From an uncultured delta proteobacterium (lineage in GTDB: Bacteria; Desulfobacterota; Desulfomonilia; UBA1062): a DNA stretch of 64,000 bases. Position 1 is the first letter of the stretch, and every line of letters starts with the position of its first letter. Made by a program: the position numbers and the translations under genes. Positions 31,201-40,200 of this stretch are shown piece after piece. The notes under the pieces are model-generated. The model made no database searches. It was not told where the DNA came from and saw only the letters and a list, made by a program, of their open reading frames with translations. The stretch is taken from positions 32,001-96,000 of the forward strand of contig CAWCTR010000004.1 of assembly GCA_963798485.1 (NCBI GenBank), written 5' to 3'.

Positions 31201-34200
31201 CCATCCATGGCAACCTCACAGGCACCTCCCTGACCTTCAACAACCCGGCGCAGATAACCCAGAATAACCTGGTGCTGAATTCCGGCACCGGTACAATAGC
31301 TTTCAATGACACGTTGAATGCCAATGCAAACAACCTTACCCTGACCGGGGATGAGATCAATTTCGGGGCAGCGGTGAGCGGTACGGGTAACCTGATACTG
31401 CAACCTTTTACGACGGACCTGAATGTGATCGTAGGCGGGAGTGCGTCTACAGCAGATCTCGACTTGACAGCAGCCGATCTTGGCTGGCTCCCGAGCACCC
31501 TGGCCGGACTGACCATAGGCCGCTCAGGCGGCACCGGCACCGTGGCGATCGCCGGCGATACCGATTTCGGCACCATGCCGCTCACATTAAACGGCAATGG
31601 GGGCATCAGCCAGACCGGGACTTTACGTGCCGGCACCCTCACGCTTCGTACGGCAGGTAACTCCATAACCTTAAGCAATACAGGCAATAACCTGGGCGCC
31701 ATAACGATACTCGGCACGCCCACATCGGTTACCATCGCCGACTCCACGGATATCACCCAGGGCTCGGCATGGGTACTCGGCGCTGCCCCGGTAACGCTCA
31801 ATGCCGGCAGCCATGACATTACGTTGCTTCAGCCCGGCAATACCTTCGGGTCCCTTATGCTCACCGGCCATGATGCACAAGTGTATGAGTTCTCGGATAC
31901 CGATCTCGGCACCTCGACCATCAGCCATGATCTGACTGTGGTATCCACAGGCGCCATAAGTACCAGCGGCACCCTCACAGTTACCGGTGCAGGCTATTTC
32001 GAAACGCTCAATGATCCGGGAAAGAATATCACAATAGCAAACAGCAGCACCTTCGGGTCGATAAGTGCGCTTTCTTTAGGCTCGGCAAATGCAGGGGGCG
32101 CTATCTCTCTGGCGCCCGGCTCATCGACTGTCGTCGAGGCGTTGTTTACCACAGGAAATATCACCCTGACCGTTGCAAATGGAGCTACTATCAGCCAGGA
32201 TGGAACCAGCACCCTTTCTGCGGCAGGCCTCGAACTTCTTGGCGCCGGCACATTCGATCTCACTGCAGGCACGAACGCCATCACCACCCTGGCAGGCAGC
32301 GCCGGGACAGTGAGCTTTGCCGATAACAGCGGTTTTGCCATCGGGACGGTGAACACGGTAGGGATGACGACGAGCGGGAACCTGACGTTGAGTACCACGG
32401 GTACGGTGACGCAGGGCCAGGCGATCACGGCTTCCGGGCTTGAGCTTTTGGGTACGGGCGGGACATTCACCCTGACGAACACCGGGAATGCCATTACCAC
32501 GCTGGCAGGCAACACCGGCACGGTGAGCTTCCTTGAGAACAGCGGTTTTGCCATCGGGACGGTGAACACGGTAGGGATGACGACGAGCGGGAACCTGACG
32601 CTGAGTACCACGGGTACGGTGACGCAGGGCCAGGCGATCACGGCCTCCGGGCTTGAGCTTTTGGGTACGGGCGGGACATTCACCCTGACGGATACGGGCA
32701 ACGCCATCACCACCCTGGCAGGCAACTCCGGGACAGTGAGCTTTGCCGATAACAGCGGTTTTGCCATCGGGACGGTGAACACGGTAGGGATGACGACGAG
32801 CGGGAACCTGACGCTGAGTACCACGGGTACGGTGACGCAGGGCCAGGTGATTACGGCTTCCGGGCTTGAGCTTTTGGGTACGGGTGGGACATTCACCCTG
32901 ACGAACACCGGCAACGCCATCACCACCCTGGCAGGCAACACCGGGACAGTGAGCGTTGCCGATAACAGCGGTTTTGCCATCGGGACGGTGAACACGGTAG
33001 GGATGACGACGAGCGGGAACCTGACGCTGAGCACCACGGGCACGGTGACGCAAAGCCAAGCCATTTCTGCCTCCGGGCTTGAGCTTTTGGGTGTGGGCGG
33101 GACATTCACCCTGACGGATACAAACAATGCCATCACCACGCTGGCAGGCAACACCGGCACGGTGAGATTCCTTGAGAACAGCGGTTTTGCCATCGGGACG
33201 GTGAACACGGTAGGGATGACGACAAGCGGGAACCTGACGTTGAGTACCACGGGTACGGTGACGCAGGGCCAGGCGATCACGGCTTCCGGGCTTGAGCTTT
33301 TGGGTACGGGCGGGACATTCACCCTGACGGATACGGGCAACGCCATCACCACCCTGGCAGGCAACTCCGGGACAGTGAGCTTTGCCGATAACAGCGGTTT
33401 TGCCATCGGGACGGTGAACACGGTAGGGATGACGACGAGCGGGAACCTGACGCTGAGTACCACGGGTACGGTGACGCAGGGCCAGGCGATCACGGCTTCC
33501 GGGCTTGAGCTTTTGGGTACGGGCGGGACATTCACCCTGACGGATACGGGCAACGCCATCACCACCCTGGCAGGCAACTCCGGGACAGTGAGCTTTGCCG
33601 ATAACAGCGGTTTTGCCATCGGGACGGTGAACACGGTAGGGATGACGACGAGCGGGAACCTGACGCTGAGTACCACGGGTACGGTGACGCAGGGCCAGGC
33701 GATCACGGCTTCCGGGCTTGAGCTTTTGGGTGTGGGCGGGACATTCACCCTGACGGATACAAACAATGCCATCACCACGCTGGCAGGCAACACCGGCACG
33801 GTGAGCTTCCTTGAGAACAGCGGTTTTGCCATCGGGACGGTGAACACGGTAGGGATGACGACGAGCGGGAACCTGACGTTGAGTACCACGGGTACGGTGA
33901 CGCAGGGCCAGGCGATCACGGCTTCCGGGCTTGAGCTTTTGGGTACGGGCGGGACATTCACCCTGACGAACACCGGCAATGCCATCACCACCCTGGCAGG
34001 TAACACGGGGACGGTGAGCTATCGAAATTCAGGTGCACTACAGATTGGGACTGTCAATACCGCAGGCTTCAGCACTACGGGCGACCTGTCTCTTACTGCA
34101 GGAGGGACCATATCCCAGGCAGTGGATGCCCCACTCATAATCGGCGGCAACCTCTCCCTGACCACCACCCATAATGCAGGGGACGTGACCATCAACAATA

Positions 34201-37200
34201 CGGGTGCTTCAGCCACTGTTATCGGAAATACCCTTGTAGGCGGCGATTACACGCTGACCGCCACTGGAGACGCCATCAGCCAGGCATCAGGCACCAGCGC
34301 CAAGGTCGCCGGGACATTCTCGCCGACAGGCTCTTCAGTCAGTATGGGAAACACCGGCAATATCTTCGGTGCATACTCCGGTACCAGCGGCAGCGGCACC
34401 GATCAGAGCATCATTCAGGCTGGGGTTATCCACCTCGATACCATGAATGTAACCGGAAATCTGACGGTCATCAGCGAGGCGAGCAGTGAAAGCTTTAATG
34501 GGTCCACGATCCACGGTGATGCCATTAACCTGAACAATGCATCGAACTCCATAGGCGGTTCAATCACTGTTACCACCGTGGCGCCCGCAATTACCACCGG
34601 TGCCGATCAACAGACAGGCATTGATCAAAAAGCGGGCACAACCCTTACAATAGCAGGTGAGGCCAACTTCACCGCTTCACCGAGTTCCGTGGCAGGCAGC
34701 GGTGTCATCGACCTGACGAACACCGGCAACTCTTTCGGCTCCCTCAAGGTCAACGGCACATCGATTGATGTCAAGACCACAGGTCCTGTAAGCATCGGCG
34801 AAGTTCAGGCCGGCACGCATTTTATTCTTGATGCAGGGGGTGCGGTCACACAGACAGGGGTTATCACCACACCGCTTTTGGGTATAACCTCTTCAGGGGC
34901 GGTGACCCTAAACGGAACGAACTATTGCGATACCATCGCGATAATCGCAAACGGGAACATTGCCTTTACCAATGCATCAGGTTTCGCAATCGGTACCGTG
35001 GGCGGCATCTCCGGGATAAATTCCAATGGCAACAACCTGACCCTGGTTACCGGCGGAAGCGGTGACATAACCCAGTCCGCAGCCCTTCAAAATGTGAACG
35101 CACTTTCAGTGAGCGCAGGCGGGGCTGTTGTACTGGACGGCAGTAATACCATTACATCCATAGGCGCAGTAACGGCGGGAAGCGGCATTAACATCATTGA
35201 CACAGCCGGCGGGCTCACTGCAACCGGCATTGTACAAGCCACCACGGGAGACATTACGATCCGTACCACGGGGGACCTCACCCTGAACAGCGGCTGCAGT
35301 ATCACGGCTACAGACGGTAATATCGTGCTTTCCGCTGAAGGCACCGGCGGACACTTCATCAACAATGCCGGTGCAGACGTGCTCACCGCCGGAACAGGGA
35401 GTCGCTGGCTGGTTTACATAGACAGCATGACAGGCAACACCTTTGGCAACCTTGACAGCGCAAACACCGCTGTCTGGAATGCCACCTACGGCACCTACGC
35501 ACCGGGCAGCGTTACCCAGACAGGTGACCGTTATCTGTTCAACTATCAGCCCACGGCCACCTTAACCGGCAATACACAGCACAAAACCTACGGCGACACA
35601 GTGGATTTGACGAATGCCTACAGTGTCAGCGGACTCGAACCGGGTGTTGCAAATGCCTATCTGGCCGATACGGCAGCAACGGCATACAGCGGAGTTCCCT
35701 CTCTTACGTCTGCCGGCGCCGCGGCTACGGCTAATGTAAGCGGTTCACCCTATGACATCGTTCTCAGTAATGCACCTACCGGCATAAACGGCTACGCCGT
35801 TGTCCTGGCAAACGGGTCACTGATCATCGACAAGCGGACGCTGACCGTCACGGCCACGGGGAACAACAAGGTATATAACGGGCTGACGGGAGCCACGGTG
35901 ACGCTGGGAGACAACCGGGTATCGGGAGACACGCTGAGTCTGAGCTATGGGACTGCTGACTTCGTGAACAAGAACGTGGGTACGGGCAAGACCGTGAACG
36001 TGAGCGGGATAACGGTGGGCGGAGCTGACGCCGGGAACTACACCTACAACACGACCACGAGCACCACGGCGGACATAACGGCAGCGACGCTGACCGTCAC
36101 GGCCACGGGGAACAACAAGGTATATAACGGGCTGACGGGAGCCACGGTAGTGTACGGAGACAACCGGATAGCGGGAGACACGCTGACGATCGGCGGGACG
36201 GCGGCATTCCTTGACAAGAACGTGGGCACGGGCAAGACCGTGAACGTGAGCGGGATAACGGTGGGCGGAGCTGACGCCGGGAACTACACCTACAACACGA
36301 CCACGAGCACCACGGCGGACATAACGGCAGCGACGCTGACCGTCACGGCCACGGGGAACAACAAGGTATATAACGGGCTGACGGGAGCCACGGTAGTGTA
36401 CGGAGACAACCGGATAGCGGGAGACACGCTGACGATCGGCGGGACGGCGGCATTCCTTGACAAGAACGTGGGCACGGGCAAGACCGTGAACGTGAGCGGG
36501 ATAACGGTGGGCGGAGCTGACGCCGGGAACTACACCTACAACACGACCACGAGCACCACGGCGGACATAACGGCAGCGACGCTGACCGTCACGGCCACGG
36601 GGAACAACAAGGTATATAACGGGCTGACGGGAGCCACGGTGACGCTGGGAGACAACCGGGTATCGGGAGACACGCTGAGTCTGAGCTATGGGACTGCTGA
36701 CTTCGTGAACAAGAACGTGGGTACGGGCAAGACCGTGAACGTGAGCGGGATAACGGTGGGCGGAGCTGACGCCGGGAACTACACCTACAACACGACCACG
36801 AGCACCACGGCGGACATAACGGCAGCGACGCTGACCGTCACGGCCGCGGGGAACAACAAGGTATATGACGGGCTGACGGGAGCCACGGTAGTGTACGGAG
36901 ACAACCGGATAGCGGGAGACACGCTGACGATCGGCGGGACGGCGGCATTCCTTGACAAGAACGTGGGCACGGGCAAGACCGTGAACGTGAGCGGGATAAC
37001 GGTGGGCGGAGCTGACGCCGGGAACTACACCTACAACACGACCACGAGCACCACGGCGGACATAACGGCAGCGACGCTGACCGTCACGGCCACGGGGAAC
37101 AACAAGGTATATAACGGGCTGACGGGAGCCACGGTGACGCTGGGAGACAACCGGGTATCGGGAGACACGCTGAGTCTGAGCTATGGGACTGCTGACTTCG

Positions 37201-40200
37201 TGAACAAGAACGTGGGTACGGGCAAGACCGTGAACGTGAGCGGGATAACGGTGGGCGGAGCTGACGCCGGGAACTACACCTACAACACGACCACGAGCAC
37301 CACGGCGGACATAACGGCAGCGACGCTGACCGTCACGGCCACGGGGAACAACAAGGTATATAACGGGCTGACGGGAGCCACGGTAGTGTACGGAGACAAC
37401 CGGATAGCGGGAGACACGCTGACGATCGGCGGGACGGCGGCATTCCTTGACAAGAACGTGGGCACGGGCAAGACCGTGAACGTGAGCGGGATAACGGTGG
37501 GCGGAGCTGACGCCGGGAACTACACCTACAACACGACCACGAGCACCACGGCGGACATAACGGCAGCGACGCTGACCGTCACGGCCGCGGGGAACAACAA
37601 GGTATATAACGGGCTGACGGGAGCCACGGTAGTGTACGGAGACAACCGGATAGCGGGAGACACGCTGACGATCGGCGGGACGGCGGCATTCCTTGACAAG
37701 AACGTGGGCACGGGCAAGACCGTGAACGTGAGCGGGATAACGGTGGGCGGAGCTGACGCCGGGAACTACACCTACAACACGACCACGAGCACCACGGCGG
37801 ACATAACGGCAGCGACGCTGACCGTCACGGCCACGGGGAACAACAAGGTATATAACGGGCTGACGGGAGCCACGGTGACGCTGGGAGACAACCGGGTATC
37901 GGGAGACACGCTGAGTCTGAGCTATGGGACTGCTGACTTTGTGAACAAGAACGTGGGTACGGGCAAGACCGTGAACGTGAGCGGGATAACGGTGGGCGGA
38001 GCTGACGCCGGGAACTACACCTACAACACGACCACGAGCACCACGGCGGACATAACGGCAGCGACGCTGACGATCACGGCCGCGGGGAACAACAAGGTAT
38101 ATGACGGGCTGACGGGAGCCACGGTAGTGTACGGAGACAACCGGATAGCGGGAGACACGCTGACGATCGGCGGGACGGCGGCATTCCTTGACAAGAACGT
38201 GGGTACGGGCAAGACCGTGAACGTGAGCGGGATAACGGTGGGCGGAGCTGACGCCGGGAACTACACCTACAACACGACCACGAGCACCACGGCGGACATA
38301 ACGGCAGCGACGCTGACCGTCACGGCCGCGGGGAACAACAAGGTATATGACGGGCTGACGGGAGCCACGGTAGTGTACGGAGACAACCGGATAGCGGGAG
38401 ACACGCTGACGATCGGCGGGACGGCGGCATTCCTTGACAAGAACGTGGGCACGGGCAAGACCGTGAACGTGAGCGGGATAACGGTGGGCGGAGCTGACGC
38501 CGGGAACTACACCTACAACACGACCACGAGCACCACGGCGGACATAACGGCAGCGACGCTGACCGTCACGGCCACGGGGAACAACAAGGTATATAACGGG
38601 CTGACGGGAGCCACGGTGACGCTGGGAGACAACCGGGTATCGGGAGACACGCTGAGTCTGAGCTATGGGACTGCTGACTTCGTGAACAAGAACGTGGGTA
38701 CGGGCAAGACCGTGAACGTGAGCGGGATAACGGTGGGCGGAGCTGATGCCGGGAACTACACCTACAACACGACCACGAGCACCACGGCGGACATAACGGC
38801 AGCGACACTGACGATCACGGCCGCGGGGAACAACAAGGTATATGACGGGCTGACGGGAGCCACGGTAGTGTACGGAGACAACCGGATAGCGGGAGACACG
38901 CTGACGATCGGCGGGACGGCGGCATTCCTTGACAAGAACGTGGGCACGGGCAAGACCGTGAACGTGAGCGGGATAACGGTGGGCGGAGCTGACGCCGGGA
39001 ACTACACCTACAACACGACCACGAGCACCACGGCGGACATAACGGCAGCGACGCTGACCGTCACGGCCGCGGGGAACAACAAGGTATATGACGGGCTGAC
39101 GGGAGCCACGGTAGTGTACGGAGACAACCGGATAGCGGGAGACACGCTGACGATCGGCGGGACGGCGGCATTCCTTGACAAGAACGTGGGTACGGGCAAG
39201 ACCGTGAACGTGAGCGGGATAACGGTGGGCGGAGCTGACGCCGGGAACTACACCTACAACACGACCACGAGCACCACGGCGGACATAACGGCAGCGACGC
39301 TGACCGTCACGGCCACGGGGAACAACAAGGTATATAACGGGCTGACGGGAGCCACGGTGACGCTGGGAGACAACCGGGTATCGGGAGACACGCTGAGTCT
39401 GAGCTATGGGACTGCTGACTTCGTGAACAAGAACGTGGGTATGGGCAAGACCGTGAACGTGAGCGGGATAACGGTGGGCGGAGCTGATGCCGGGAACTAC
39501 ACCTACAACACGACCACGAGCACCACGGCGGACATAACGGCAGCGACACTGACGATCACGGCCGCGGGGAACAACAAGGTATATGACGGGCTGACGGGAG
39601 CCACGGTAGTGTACGGAGACAACCGGATAGCGGGAGACACGCTGACGATCGGCGGGACGGCGGCATTCCTTGACAAGAACGTGGGTACGGGCAAGACCGT
39701 GAACGTGAGCGGGATAACGGTGGGCGGAGCTGACGCCGGGAACTACACCTACAACACGACCACGAGCACCACGGCGGACATAACGGCAGCGACGCTGACC
39801 GTCACGGCCGCGGGGAACAACAAGGTATATGACGGGCTGACGGGAGCCACGGTAGTGTACGGAGACAACCGGATAGCGGGAGACACGCTGACGATCGGCG
39901 GGACGGCGGCATTCCTTGACAAGAACGTGGGCACGGGCAAGACCGTGAACGTGAGCGGGATAACGGTGGGCGGAGCTGACGCCGGGAACTACACCTACAA
40001 CACGACCACGAGCACCACGGCGGACATAACGGCAGCGACGCTGACCGTCACGGCCACGGGGAACAACAAGGTATATAACGGGCTGACGGGAGCCACGGTG
40101 ACGCTGGGAGACAACCGGGTATCGGGAGACACGCTGAGTCTGAGCTATGGGACTGCTGACTTCGTGAACAAGAACGTGGGTACGGGCAAGACCGTGAACG

